Positions 26,704 through 36,366 of a stretch of DNA of 64,000 bases are shown here, one piece after another. The position numbers and the translations under genes are program-made. The first letter of the stretch is position 1, and each line of letters starts with the position of its first letter. The stretch spans positions 276-64,275 of the IMG/VR virus record IMGVR_UViG_3300033150_000846; one strand, 5' to 3'. This DNA comes from a virus. Taxonomy: Duplodnaviria > Caudoviricetes. The notes under the pieces are model-generated. The model worked only from the letters and a program-made list of their open reading frames with translations. It was not told the DNA's origin and did no database searches.

Positions 26704-27836
26704 GTTTGAATGACTTTCTTGGTTTTCGGGTCTAGCTGTATAAGCTTTGCAGCTAGCAAAACTTTCTCAGCATTGACTATTTGGAGATTGTCATAGGTTT
26801 TGCGCAGGCGACGAAACACCCCTGCACGAGTGGCAGGAAGGGCCTTTAGGTAATCTTGCTGGCACTGTCCCTCCTTGGACATGGGCTTGATTACGGTTTC
26901 TATGCTGGAGCATGTGTACCTCATGATTTTATCAGCACACTCCATGTCATGCTCGTCGATGTAGTTCTTGTCTCTAGTGAAAGAGACGATAAGAGCCAAC
27001 CGCAGCATTTGGTCCCTGGCGCGACTGGCGTATTCCTGCATGGACGGAGCAAAGTACCTAAACCTATTATAATACCAATTAGCATAGTAGTCAATAGCTT
27101 TTTTGGTTGAAGGCACTGCTCTTGGCGTTTTCCGTGCTTCTGAGACAGCTTCTTGCGCCCATCGGTAGAAGTGTTGGATTGCAGCTTCCCGACGAAGAAT
27201 CTCTTTTTTGGTGCCAAAGAGCTTTACCCAGGGGACGAACTGTCGAGGGGCGGTTTCATGGACTACAACGAAGCGAGGGAAAAAGCCGCCTTCCATGGAA
27301 CCACGGGGCATGTTGGTCTGTAGCCAAGCTGCTGTTGAGCCGAACATGCAGGACACAGTAGCATTTCGGATGTAGGAGTCTCCATCCTTTTGGGTTGAAA
27401 AGTCTACTTTGGGCTTTGTTGATAGAAGTTCTGTGATGAATTCGATCTTGCCGCTCTGGTACTCCTTTTTTCCAAAGAAGGCGGTTGCCTCTGGTGCTAC
27501 GATTGCAGCAACCGCCGGGTTTCCTAAGCGGATTAGCTTAGTGCCTATGTACTCAACGGTCCTGCCTGCAATTACTGGAACGTCTAAGGTCTCTAGGAGT
27601 TTGACGCCCTCGTCGATTGAAGTATCTTTGCCTATGCCGGAAGGGCCTACAAGAAAGATGGACAAGTTGGGGAAGACTTTCCATCTTTCCTGGTCAATCC
27701 AGCGTGAGCGGCCAAGGCTGACTCCTAAAGAGCTGAGGCACACCAAGGTTAGGAAAGAGGTTGGTGCCTCAAGGGAACTGAGACCGTCGAGGAACGTGTG
27801 TATTTGGCTGTCTTTTGGTATTATGGTCTCATTCAT
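26700..27836 (-). CDS. DUF3987-like P-loop ATPase (putative replicative helicase)
   Basis: LVGPSGIGKD Walker A, APE Walker B-like motif and GGFFPRF arginine finger; no primase domain attached. Confidence 0.75.
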   Translation of the reverse strand: MNETIIPKDSQIHTFLDGLSSLEAPTSFLTLVCLSSLGVSLGRSRWIDQERWKVFPNLSIFLVGPSGIGKDTSIDEGVKLLETLDVPVIAGRTVEYIGTKLIRLGNPAVAAIVAPEATAFFGKKEYQSGKIEFITELLSTKPKVDFSTQKDGDSYIRNATVSCMFGSTAAWLQTNMPRGSMEGGFFPRFVVVHETAPRQFVPWVKLFGTKKEILRREAAIQHFYRWAQEAVSEARKTPRAVPSTKKAIDYYANWYYNRFRYFAPSMQEYASRARDQMLRLALIVSFTRDKNYIDEHDMECADKIMRYTCSSIETVIKPMSKEGQCQQDYLKALPATRAGVFRRLRKTYDNLQIVNAEKVLLAAKLIQLDPKTKKVIQT

Positions 27837-28048
27837 TGGCCTTGGTAAAGGAGCTTTGCTTTTGAGATTTGGGCTTTGGTAGCTTCAAGGGAGGCTACCA
27901 GGTCCTTGTAGTGTTTGTAGGTGCTCAGTATGGCCAAGCATGTTGGGCATCCTCCACGTATCGCCCCTTCTCCCATTGTAGCAGGATTGTACCGCCTATG
28001 TCTAGGACACGTTAGGTGAATGCTCATGGAGACTTTCTTTTTCCACAT
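27833..28048 (-). CDS. Small zinc-finger protein
   Basis: CPRH...CPTC. Confidence 0.55.
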   Translation of the reverse strand: MWKKKVSMSIHLTCPRHRRYNPATMGEGAIRGGCPTCLAILSTYKHYKDLVASLEATKAQISKAKLLYQGQ

Positions 28049-28054
28049 TGCTAC

Positions 28055-28336
28055 TCAACCGAGGTCTTCATAGGCGTCCAGCAGGCGATTCAGGATGACG
28101 CTTAGGTCTTCCGGGAGTTCTTGGCCATCGACAAGTAGGACCGGAGATGCTCCTTCTTTGTCGTAGTCTCTGTCGATCACGTCAAACAGTTGTCCGAGCA
28201 GGTCGAAAACTTCGCGCTCTCTTTCCTTTTTGTATGAGAGTGGTTCGAACACATCAATGGCCTCGTCTGACAGTTTGTATGAGACTATTGTAGCTTCATC
28301 GCCGAAGATGATGTCAGTGTTGTGTTTGGCAGTCAT
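28055..28336 (-). CDS. Acidic hypothetical protein
   Basis: Co-directional and tightly packed. Confidence 0.5.
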   Translation of the reverse strand: MTAKHNTDIIFGDEATIVSYKLSDEAIDVFEPLSYKKEREREVFDLLGQLFDVIDRDYDKEGASPVLLVDGQELPEDLSVILNRLLDAYEDLG

Positions 28337-28352
28337 TCTGATTGTACCTAAG

Positions 28353-31091
28353 TTACATTCTTATAGTGTGGATGGTTTGGCAGTCTCCCCATGACCGGCC
28401 CTTCCCGCTGTAGCCTACTTCTACTCCCAGCCTGAAGCCTTCAAGTTCACGCCAAGGTTGTGTAGCTACCGCAATGAGAGCTTTTGCTGCTTCTTCATGG
28501 GATTCGTCCGGACCTTGTACAACCAGCTCATCGTGGACTTGGATGCTAAGGTACCAGCCTTCTGGCAAGACTGCCGTTGTTGCTAAACGTAGTTGTTCAA
28601 TTTCTTCTGAAAAACGCTCGGGGTGGAGAGCAATCATTATTCTGAGGACTATGTCTGCGAGGGAGGAGGCAGGCAAGAAAGCCAGCGCCTTGTTTTCCAT
28701 GCGGGCCATGTTGAACCATCGTTTGCGGCCAAACGGGTTGACTAGGAAACCTTGTCTTTGGGCAAGTTTGATGGTTCGTTCTTGCCAAGCAGCAGTCTCG
28801 GGGTTGAGTTCAGTTGACCAAATGTGAATCATCCTCTTTACATCTTGGGCGGTTATCGAGGTGTAGCCTTCGTTGTGGATATACTCAAGGGTCTTCTTCC
28901 ACTTGAGGCCGTAGTTCCTACCGTGGTTCACGATTTTGCCTAGTTTGTACAGGTGAGAGTTCTCTCCGTGTTTGCGGACAGGAACACCAAAGGCCCGAGT
29001 AGCAATGTCTTCATGTTCGTTGTAGCCAGGAGTGTGGAGGCGCTTGAGCCTGTCTGTGTCGTTAGCTAGAAAGGCGGTCAGCATGTTCTCCCCCTGGATT
29101 ATGTCCGCCGTGATGAAACTGAAGGATGGGTCATCGGGGACGAACAATTTGCGAATTTCTTTTGGTTGGTTTTGGATGTTGGGGTCTATGCCTCGACGTT
29201 GGCCGGAACAAGAGAGACGGCCTTCACTCGTGCCATGGACCTTGAGGGAGAAAAAGACTCTGTCTACTTCTGTAAGGCCGTTCTTTGCAAATGTGTTGAG
29301 GAGAGTAGCCGTCTTCTTGATTTGGTCGAGGATGATGAATTCAGGGGCTTTGGTAGCCCAAAGTGTCCTGGCCGACTTGTCGGTTGCTATCTTGCCCGAA
29401 GGTGTAAGCTTCGCTTTCAGCCCTTTTGCCTCAATGTACTTGCGCAACTCAACCGGGCTATTCCAAGGACGTACAACTTTCTCAACATCTTCTGTAATGA
29501 GAGTTGCCTTCTTCATGACCCCAGGCTCTATCATCCGTCCACAGACTGGGCAGGGTTTGGCAGCGGGGTTCAAAAATGTGATTGGAGTGGGGTCATGGGC
29601 AGTTTTGTCTTTGACGAAGCCTTTACAGATTTTTGTTTTGGCTTTCCAGGGAGCCCGGTCTTCAGGGATGCGCGTGAACTTCTTGTGTTTTTCTGTGTAG
29701 GGGCGGAGTTCGGGAGGGAGCTTGGCTTCCAGGGAGGCAATTTGGTTTGTGTACTCTTCCCTGATTTTGACGAGGGCGGTCTTGTCTATTTTGAGGCCCC
29801 TGTTGTTCATGTCTCGGCATATAAAGGCTGCCGGTATCGACACGTTTGTGTAGACGTGGCGCATGTTGTAGTGGTCTAAGAGGGTTTGGAGAGGTTTTGA
29901 AATTTGAAGGGAAGCGTCAGTGTCTCTGGCGTTGTAGAGAGCAAAGGCTTCTTGGGTAGAGGTACAGCCGCCGTAGCCGCCCAGTTCTCTTGGGATTGCG
30001 CTGGGTTGGTTCCAAGTTTTGTGTTGGGAAGAGAAGACGATGTTTCCTTTTTCGTCTTTGTGGGAAGAGGAGCCGCCCTTCCAAGCTACCTTGTTTGTAA
30101 ATACACTGGCGACGAAAGCGAGAGAGTGGGGGAAGTCGGGCTGAACTAAATGCTGGATGAGCATTGTGTCGATGTACTTGGCTTTTACGTCCCATCCTAG
30201 TGCGTTGAAGTAGAGACTGTCAGCCCCGACTATGTTGTGGCCGATGAGAGCTTCTGCGTTTTCGAATATGCGTTTTAGTTCTTGGATGTAGGGCTCGACG
30301 AAGGGGACTACAATGGCAGTGTAAGGTTTGGCGGACAAACCGCAGAGGGTTATTTCGCCTGTGTTGGGGTCCCACTCAAAGTCGAAAGCGAACTTTTTGG
30401 GAGAGAAATTCTTTACTTCTTCTATGGTTGGGGCAAGGTTGTAGTTCTCTGGGGGAACTGCTGGGTACCTTCTGAAGTCTACCGTGGCACACACCGAGAA
30501 AAGTTTAGAGTCACGAGCATGAGCGGCGGGGTGAATGGTAGGGATTACTAGGGGCTTGGAGGAGTGTAAAGAGCCACAGTCCAGGGGAAGAGGGGAACCT
30601 CTCCAAGTGTGAATGCCTTCTCGCTTTGTTAGGGCTTTCAGGGCTTTGTTGCCTAAAGCAATTATGCGTTGCCATTTTTGGGTCTTGAGGTATGGGAGCA
30701 GGTGATGGTTTCGGCAATACTTTAGAGCCGCGTAGGCATCTTCCTTGGGTGTGAAGGTCCAGTCAGGATCACCGGGAAAAATGTTCTTTGGCGGGCGGCA
30801 CCCAATTACGTTAATGATATGGAAGATAGATCTGTCTAGGCCTGCATTTCGTAGAAGGGAGTTTAACCAGCGGCCTGCCCCTCCAACAAAAGGTTGCCCA
30901 GCATAAACTTCGTCTTCACCGGCAGCTTCACCTACTAAGAGCTCTGGCCTAGTTCCTTTGTGGGGTGGGATGTAGCCTAGTGTGACGTGGGCTATTGGGC
31001 ACTTTGCACAGAAGGAAGGCCTGTTCTTGTTTAGTTCGCTTCTTACTGAGGGGTCGAAGAAGGGGGCTAGCGCCTTGTCAACTTTTGGCAT
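28353..31091 (-). CDS. polA: Family A DNA polymerase with N-terminal family-4 uracil-DNA glycosylase-like domain and 3'-5' exonuclease
   Basis: UDG: CAKCP, GEAAGEDE..GQPFVG.AG, CRPP.N, HPA. Exonuclease: FDFE, GHN..D, YNARD. Polymerase: GRLS, NIQNQP, TADIIQGE, KIVNHGRNYG, QVHDEL. Confidence 0.93.
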   Translation of the reverse strand: MPKVDKALAPFFDPSVRSELNKNRPSFCAKCPIAHVTLGYIPPHKGTRPELLVGEAAGEDEVYAGQPFVGGAGRWLNSLLRNAGLDRSIFHIINVIGCRPPKNIFPGDPDWTFTPKEDAYAALKYCRNHHLLPYLKTQKWQRIIALGNKALKALTKREGIHTWRGSPLPLDCGSLHSSKPLVIPTIHPAAHARDSKLFSVCATVDFRRYPAVPPENYNLAPTIEEVKNFSPKKFAFDFEWDPNTGEITLCGLSAKPYTAIVVPFVEPYIQELKRIFENAEALIGHNIVGADSLYFNALGWDVKAKYIDTMLIQHLVQPDFPHSLAFVASVFTNKVAWKGGSSSHKDEKGNIVFSSQHKTWNQPSAIPRELGGYGGCTSTQEAFALYNARDTDASLQISKPLQTLLDHYNMRHVYTNVSIPAAFICRDMNNRGLKIDKTALVKIREEYTNQIASLEAKLPPELRPYTEKHKKFTRIPEDRAPWKAKTKICKGFVKDKTAHDPTPITFLNPAAKPCPVCGRMIEPGVMKKATLITEDVEKVVRPWNSPVELRKYIEAKGLKAKLTPSGKIATDKSARTLWATKAPEFIILDQIKKTATLLNTFAKNGLTEVDRVFFSLKVHGTSEGRLSCSGQRRGIDPNIQNQPKEIRKLFVPDDPSFSFITADIIQGENMLTAFLANDTDRLKRLHTPGYNEHEDIATRAFGVPVRKHGENSHLYKLGKIVNHGRNYGLKWKKTLEYIHNEGYTSITAQDVKRMIHIWSTELNPETAAWQERTIKLAQRQGFLVNPFGRKRWFNMARMENKALAFLPASSLADIVLRIMIALHPERFSEEIEQLRLATTAVLPEGWYLSIQVHDELVVQGPDESHEEAAKALIAVATQPWRELEGFRLGVEVGYSGKGRSWGDCQTIHTIRM

Positions 31092-32097
31092 TTCGTCCTT
31101 TCTGCGCTTCGAGGTACTGGGGGCTTACTGCCTTGAGAATGACTCTGTCAAGTTTGAGGTTGGAACGTTCGGCTACGGGACGGATTACTACTCCCTCACG
31201 AAGGTGGTCTGCACCTTCGATTTTTGTTTTTCCATCTATGTACTTTTGCACAGTAGGGGTGGAGTATGGGCCGAAGTAAAGGATTGGAGGTCTTCTTTGG
31301 AGGTCAAGGCCCAAGATTGAGTTGCGTTCGTCCAGGTTCAAGAACCTCATGTCAAGAGGATCGTAGATGTCGAAGAGTACGATTTTGTAAGGGTTGTCGG
31401 GGGTTGCTCCGTAGTGAAGATTTTGGACCATGCCAAAAACTTCCCCGTAGAAGATCTTGATGGGGTATCTTTGGGCAAGTTCTTTTACCCAAGGGTTTGC
31501 TTCAAGGGCTTGGTGGTAGGCATCCTTTTTGTTGTCTTCAGGAGGTTTTATCCACCTATGGCGGGAAGCAACGAAGAGTTTGGGAGTGCCGTCTTTGGCT
31601 TCTTGCCAAGTTACCCTGAAGTTCGTTCCGTGGATCTTCTCCGAGATTTCTACTTCTTCTCCATCCTGGAAAGAGGATGCGTACTTGTGCCAGTTTTCGA
31701 TGTCGTAGGTTGGGCCGGTCAACGGTGGAGGCTCTCCAGCGGTAGGCTTGCCTACTAGTGGTGGAGGCTCATAGTGAGTTACGCCTAGAACTTTGGCAAA
31801 GTCTTTGCCTATTGGGGCTTCCGGAGGAATGGAGGGAAAGGCTGATAAGGGCATTAGCAAGCCTTGGCTCATCACGCCTCTGAATCTTCTGACAGTGACT
31901 CTGCCGTCTTTCAGGAAGCCAGGGGGAAGTACAGAGTCCGGGGGAAAGTAGATGCCCTTGTTGTCGTTTGCAAAGTCTTCGGTCCTGACGCAGACCGTGT
32001 ACTTGTCGAAGACTTTGACAATGCTCAGATTGGTTGCGTTTGGGTGAGGTTCCAGTATGATTGGGACTACTTCACATCTGTGTGTGCTTACAGACAT
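31078..32097 (-). CDS. RNA ligase, DRB0094 family
   Basis: HPNATNL and FRGVMSQGL N-terminal OB domain; EKIHGTN, GEVFG, FDI, REGVVIR and ILK motifs. Confidence 0.9.
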   Translation of the reverse strand: MSVSTHRCEVVPIILEPHPNATNLSIVKVFDKYTVCVRTEDFANDNKGIYFPPDSVLPPGFLKDGRVTVRRFRGVMSQGLLMPLSAFPSIPPEAPIGKDFAKVLGVTHYEPPPLVGKPTAGEPPPLTGPTYDIENWHKYASSFQDGEEVEISEKIHGTNFRVTWQEAKDGTPKLFVASRHRWIKPPEDNKKDAYHQALEANPWVKELAQRYPIKIFYGEVFGMVQNLHYGATPDNPYKIVLFDIYDPLDMRFLNLDERNSILGLDLQRRPPILYFGPYSTPTVQKYIDGKTKIEGADHLREGVVIRPVAERSNLKLDRVILKAVSPQYLEAQKGRNAKS

Positions 32098-32108
32098 CTT
32101 AGCTCCTT

Positions 32109-32143
32109 GAAAAAAATGGGGGTAAGGCTAAGCCCTACCCCCT
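32109..32143 (-). terminator. Intrinsic terminator
   Basis: Minus strand GGGGGTAGGGC-TTA-GCCTTACCCCC-ATTTTTTT. Confidence 0.75.
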
Positions 32144-32166
32144 TCCCTATAGGAGACACAACGCTG

Positions 32167-32646
32167 TCATTCTGTGGGCTCTTCGAGTGCAGAGGCTTCT
32201 GTGTAGGGTTGGACTTCGAACCAGTTCACAGAAACCTCAACGTTTTCGCCTTCGCCAGTAGTTCTTACCTGGCAAGTGACGCAAGGTTTAGTGGTGTCGA
32301 GTTTCTTGAGCCAATCGTCAAAGTCGCCATCTTGTTCAATTCCCGTAGCATCGGCAATACGCCGAAGTGCTTTGAACGTTGCAGGGCGGGGCCACAATGT
32401 GCCCCGAATAGAACGTCCGGAAAGTGTAGGATGATCGATGATGACTACTCTGTAAGGGATTCTGTCGCCCTTCACATCACCGGCCATTGCTTCACCAGCC
32501 ATGACCTTTGGGTCATCTTCCTTGTAGAAGTAAGGGCGGCGCTCAATGTTCATGATGCGAAGGTTGTAGATCCCGGTTTCAATAGGCTCGAACTCCGGAT
32601 TGATATCAGGAAGGTTAAGGTGTTCAAATGTAGAAGGTTGATCCAT
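32167..32646 (-). CDS. DUF669-like single-stranded DNA-binding protein
   Basis: FEPIETGIYNLRI N-terminus and acidic C-terminal tail; next to AAA_24. Confidence 0.7.
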   Translation of the reverse strand: MDQPSTFEHLNLPDINPEFEPIETGIYNLRIMNIERRPYFYKEDDPKVMAGEAMAGDVKGDRIPYRVVIIDHPTLSGRSIRGTLWPRPATFKALRRIADATGIEQDGDFDDWLKKLDTTKPCVTCQVRTTGEGENVEVSVNWFEVQPYTEASALEEPTE

Positions 32647-32676
32647 GTTGTTCTCCGTTGTACAACGCTGTCATTT

Positions 32677-32705
32677 ACTCTACCACAAAGTTTCGCTGTT
32701 GTCAA
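32677..32705 (-). promoter_or_regulatory. Sigma70-type promoter for the SSB gene
   Basis: Minus strand TTGACA-17 bp-TAGAGT with TG extension. Confidence 0.65.
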
Positions 32706-33640
32706 GTGTCTTGTCGTTCTTTCGTCGTTTTCTCCACTGCTGGAATCCAGAACTCCTCGAAGATCTTGTCAAGCCCGACCGGGTTGCCGTCAAGGTCTGT
32801 GAGTGGGAAGTTGTTCGGAAAGATCCCGGTGCGGTCATCCAGGATTTCCACGCCGTCAGACTTGATGCGAAGAAAGTGCATGTGAACGCGTTTCCGCTTC
32901 TTCCCGGTAGGATCGTTTGGATCAGGAACAGCTTGAGCCTTTACCCCAATTTGGGCTACAGTCTGAAACATGGCCGTAGCAGAATCAGACATTGCGCCTG
33001 GAAGATCCGGGCACACACGATACAGATTCCCTTTCTCGTCAAACTTTTCCTTGATTAGAGCGGTGACAATCAAGTGTTTTCGTATCGACAAGTCTGGAGT
33101 TGAGGTTAGTTCGATTAGTCTGTTGAAGAAGATGCGGCCTACTTCTCCCATGAACTGGTAATCGTTACGAGCAGGAACACCGTATTGACGGGTTGGGTAG
33201 TAGTTTGCTCCTGGGAAAGTGTTTTGAAGGGCGAAAGGCTGTAGGAAGCGCTTTACGTACTCCGAAGCAGAGTCAATTACTACGCCGCCATAGTAGGTGT
33301 CACGTTGAAGAGCTGCTATGATTCCGTCCAACTCCTTCCTTGTTCTAGGTTGGACATAGTCGATATCCAAGTCTTTGAGAGAGAGCGTACCGCCACCGTC
33401 TGAAGCTTCCATTGATACAAACAGTGTCGGTTTGTTGTCGTACTTCTTTGTGACTTTGTCCAGGGACGCAGCAAAGGTGGTTTTGCCACGCTTGGGGGCC
33501 TGGTACACCATCATGCAAACTTTGGTGTTCGGGCCGAAGACTTCTCTTGTTGAATGGACTGGAAGGCCAGCAAACAGTTTCTTGCTCATATAGGTAGTTT
33601 CCTTTTTGTTACGAATTTTGGCCAACGGCAAGCTGGCCAT
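32702..33640 (-). CDS. AAA_24 / Sak4-like ATPase
   Basis: YQAPKRGKTT, VVIDSASE and PDLPG motifs. Confidence 0.8.
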   Translation of the reverse strand: MASLPLAKIRNKKETTYMSKKLFAGLPVHSTREVFGPNTKVCMMVYQAPKRGKTTFAASLDKVTKKYDNKPTLFVSMEASDGGGTLSLKDLDIDYVQPRTRKELDGIIAALQRDTYYGGVVIDSASEYVKRFLQPFALQNTFPGANYYPTRQYGVPARNDYQFMGEVGRIFFNRLIELTSTPDLSIRKHLIVTALIKEKFDEKGNLYRVCPDLPGAMSDSATAMFQTVAQIGVKAQAVPDPNDPTGKKRKRVHMHFLRIKSDGVEILDDRTGIFPNNFPLTDLDGNPVGLDKIFEEFWIPAVEKTTKERQDT

Positions 33641-34595
33641 ACTCTCGTTCAGTTGTCTTGATCAAAAATCCTGTCGGTGTCGTCGTAATGGTGACTACTT
33701 GGTTTGGCTTAACGCCGTTCAGTATGATGCGAGCTACTGGATGGACTAGCTTCTGCTCGATGATGCGTTTCACTTGACGGGCACCAAACTCTTCAGAATA
33801 CCCGAAGTCGGTGATTTTGTCAAGTACAGTCTCATCAATCGAGACATCAACAGGAGCTCCGTCGAACACAGCAGCTAGCTCATGACGCACTACATCCTTT
33901 ACCTCCTCTCGGCTCAACTGATTCATTACCAAGATGCCATCAAGGCGATTTCTAAACTCCGGGGAGAAGAATCTTTCGATGGAAGCCTTTATTATTGACT
34001 TCTTTGCCGTTTCGGAAAGGGTGGTTGGAGTGAATCCATACTTCAGCTTTGTTGAAGTATCCTTGACGCCCTGGTTCGAGGTCATGAGAATCAAAGAAGA
34101 GGCAAACGAGGTTACTTCGTTGTTTCCCAGGGTTAGGCGGCCTGCATCCAAAATGCCCAGCAGCAAGTCATGGAACTCCGGAGCAGCCTTCTCAATCTCA
34201 TCGAATAGGACAACTGAGATTGGAGAGTGCTCCGAGGTTTGTAGCTGAAGCCTAGTTTGGCCTAGCAAAGCAGGAGATTCTCTGTGGCCTAAGTAGCCCG
34301 GCGGTGCGCCAAGTAACTTCGCTACTTCGTGGCTTTGCTGGAACTCCCCACAATCGACTCTTAGAAGTTTTTTACTGTCGTAGTGGAGAGCATAGGCTAC
34401 AGCTCTAGCCAAGGTGGTTTTGCCACAGCCCGTGGGGCCGGCCAATAGGAAAGAGCCTACAGGTCTAGTATTGTCACCTAGACCAGCAGCATAAATTTCC
34501 AGGTGCTCCAAGATAGAAGACAGAGCATCAGCATGGCCAACCAATACCTCTCTTCCAAGGGCATACTTTTCGTCGAAGAACTTTGTTTTAGGCAT
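33609..34595 (-). CDS. Stand-alone ClpA/ClpB NBD2-type AAA+ ATPase
   Basis: RPVGSFLLAGPTGCGKT, LLGAPPGYLG, VVLFDEIEKA, MTSN, FSPEFRNRLD and FGARQ motifs. Confidence 0.9.
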   Translation of the reverse strand: MPKTKFFDEKYALGREVLVGHADALSSILEHLEIYAAGLGDNTRPVGSFLLAGPTGCGKTTLARAVAYALHYDSKKLLRVDCGEFQQSHEVAKLLGAPPGYLGHRESPALLGQTRLQLQTSEHSPISVVLFDEIEKAAPEFHDLLLGILDAGRLTLGNNEVTSFASSLILMTSNQGVKDTSTKLKYGFTPTTLSETAKKSIIKASIERFFSPEFRNRLDGILVMNQLSREEVKDVVRHELAAVFDGAPVDVSIDETVLDKITDFGYSEEFGARQVKRIIEQKLVHPVARIILNGVKPNQVVTITTTPTGFLIKTTEREYGQLAVGQNS

Positions 34596-34597
34596 AG

Positions 34598-34882
34598 TTA
34601 TATCTTATCTAAGTCTTCTCGCAGCCTTGAGACAGCGCCTCCTACCTCTACAAGATTGTCGCTAAGCCAGCCATTGAACCAGTCTATGTTGGTCACAAAC
34701 CATTCAATAGCCTGAGCTAGTTTAATGGCCTTTGGCTCCTCAGGCTTCTTCTCCAGGCTCTTCTTTATATTTGACAGGTCTTGAAGCGTTTGGTCAATGG
34801 ATTCCAGCCCTGACCTGTAGGTGGTGTCACATATTGAAGAGACTTTGTTGGCTAGTTTGAGGACATCTTTTTTGTGGGTCAT
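34598..34882 (-). CDS. Helical hypothetical protein
   Basis: Co-directional ORF. Confidence 0.5.
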   Translation of the reverse strand: MTHKKDVLKLANKVSSICDTTYRSGLESIDQTLQDLSNIKKSLEKKPEEPKAIKLAQAIEWFVTNIDWFNGWLSDNLVEVGGAVSRLREDLDKI

Positions 34883-34896
34883 TGTTGTGCTCTTTT

Positions 34897-35913
34897 CTAG
34901 GAGAGTCCCATGTAGGCAGTTGGGTCAACTGTAACGAATTCAGGGTGTGAAGACGGAATAACAGCATCCTGAGTATTGTGAAGCTCAAAGTACTGGCAAG
35001 TCTGTCTCCACGTAGAGCAGTTGGGCCGCCATGGTGGAACACTCCTAATACCCTCTTTCATCATTGTCATCATTGTGTCGGCTACCTTGATAATTTCCGG
35101 TAGAGATTGGTTGAGGAGTCTCTCTTGGGTCCTGGTGACTGCGAACCTGTAGAAGTTGCACTTGGGGGCGGACTTTGGTTCTTTTACTGGAGCAAAGTCT
35201 TGTTCATGTCCACACAATTGGCACTTGTACTTGCCCTTCTGAGTAATTGTGTAAGCGTCGAAAGGCTGAATAACCCTGCAATTTTTGCAGGTTCGCTTTG
35301 GTTTGTGAATGTTGGGCTTTTCAAGAACATTCACCAGCAATCCTTGGATAGGCCCGATCTTGTGACTAAGGGCTAGGAGTTGAAAGTCAGCTTGCATGTT
35401 CGACTGCCACCCCTTCATGTAAAGGGGCATTGGGACATAACTGGATTTTGTCTTGTGCTCTTTGATCCACCATCCTTTAGTGAGAAGTGTCGTATCGCCC
35501 TGCCAACCCGTAGGCATTTCCACGTCTTCCTCCACATAGAAGTACCTATCAACCTTAGCAAGCAACGCTAAGTCCTTGGTAATAGGCCGGATAACCGGCT
35601 CCTCCACAGAGAATTGTTTGGCAGCGGGGTCATTAGTGTAGTTGCTGGTATACTGGTCTAACAGAAGGTGTGCCATAAACAGGGCATCCTTAGTTGGATC
35701 AAACTCCTTTATGACCTCTTCGCTTATCTCGTAATTGCCGGTAGCATAGAAATTTTCTAGCCCACTGTGGACTAAGGCTCCTATGCATAAAGGGTCGTCT
35801 CGCTGGCCAAGATGTCTCCGTACACGTTTGGTAACATAGTTCTCGTACCAGTGCCACGGACATATCCCGGTAAACTGGTAGTATTGTGAGTGGTCAATAA
35901 TGAACTGGGTCAT
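34897..35913 (-). CDS. PD-(D/E)XK nuclease (Cas4/RecB-like) with zinc-ribbon insertion
   Basis: CP..W, G.LVH, KVD, EHKT and Q motifs; C-terminal C..C; CKNC/CQLC insertion. Confidence 0.8.
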   Translation of the reverse strand: MTQFIIDHSQYYQFTGICPWHWYENYVTKRVRRHLGQRDDPLCIGALVHSGLENFYATGNYEISEEVIKEFDPTKDALFMAHLLLDQYTSNYTNDPAAKQFSVEEPVIRPITKDLALLAKVDRYFYVEEDVEMPTGWQGDTTLLTKGWWIKEHKTKSSYVPMPLYMKGWQSNMQADFQLLALSHKIGPIQGLLVNVLEKPNIHKPKRTCKNCRVIQPFDAYTITQKGKYKCQLCGHEQDFAPVKEPKSAPKCNFYRFAVTRTQERLLNQSLPEIIKVADTMMTMMKEGIRSVPPWRPNCSTWRQTCQYFELHNTQDAVIPSSHPEFVTVDPTAYMGLS

Positions 35914-35916
35914 GAG

Positions 35917-36132
35917 TTATTCCTTGGAGGTGAGGTGTATACACTCAGGCAACCTTCTTGTGTACTTGGTTAATGGCTCCTTCTCTAAGTATCGATGGTA
36001 GAAGGTACAAACCCTTTTGCCATCATCTTCGGTCATTAAGAAGGGGCAAGCTCCTACATCGACAAATTCACACAAGAAGTCCTTTGGTACCCTTCCTGGA
36101 CACACACTTATCGTCCGGCTTGCTTCAGTCAT
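35917..36132 (-). CDS. Small Cys-rich protein
   Basis: CPFL...CTFY...RLPEC. Confidence 0.55.
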   Translation of the reverse strand: MTEASRTISVCPGRVPKDFLCEFVDVGACPFLMTEDDGKRVCTFYHRYLEKEPLTKYTRRLPECIHLTSKE

Positions 36133-36163
36133 TGAGTTAGCTCCTAGTCAGTTTCTTCCTCGC

Positions 36164-36337
36164 CTACCACTGCTCTAGGAGGAGGTCCTCTAGTTCTATA
36201 ATTAAATCTTCAACTTTCTCCCTAGCTACGGCCAAGTCTTGAAGACAAGAGTCCATATTGCTGTACAAATCGTCTTGAACTTCCTTAACTTCAGTGGCCA
36301 GATCAAGTATTTTTTCGAGGGCGTCTTTTCGTGGCAT
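36164..36337 (-). CDS. Small acidic helical protein, fourth tandem paralogue (57 aa, not in the ORF track)
   Basis: MPRKDALEKILDLATEVKEVQ...; GGAGG SD; shares LEKILDL with 36849-37079. Confidence 0.7.
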   Translation of the reverse strand: MPRKDALEKILDLATEVKEVQDDLYSNMDSCLQDLAVAREKVEDLIIELEDLLLEQW

Positions 36338-36366
36338 TTCTACCTCCGTCCTTTGCGTCCAGTGTT

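Noticed and set aside
34897-35913. Cas4 as part of a CRISPR adaptation module
   Set aside because: No cas1, cas2 or array; the context with AAA_24 and SSB indicates a recombination exonuclease.
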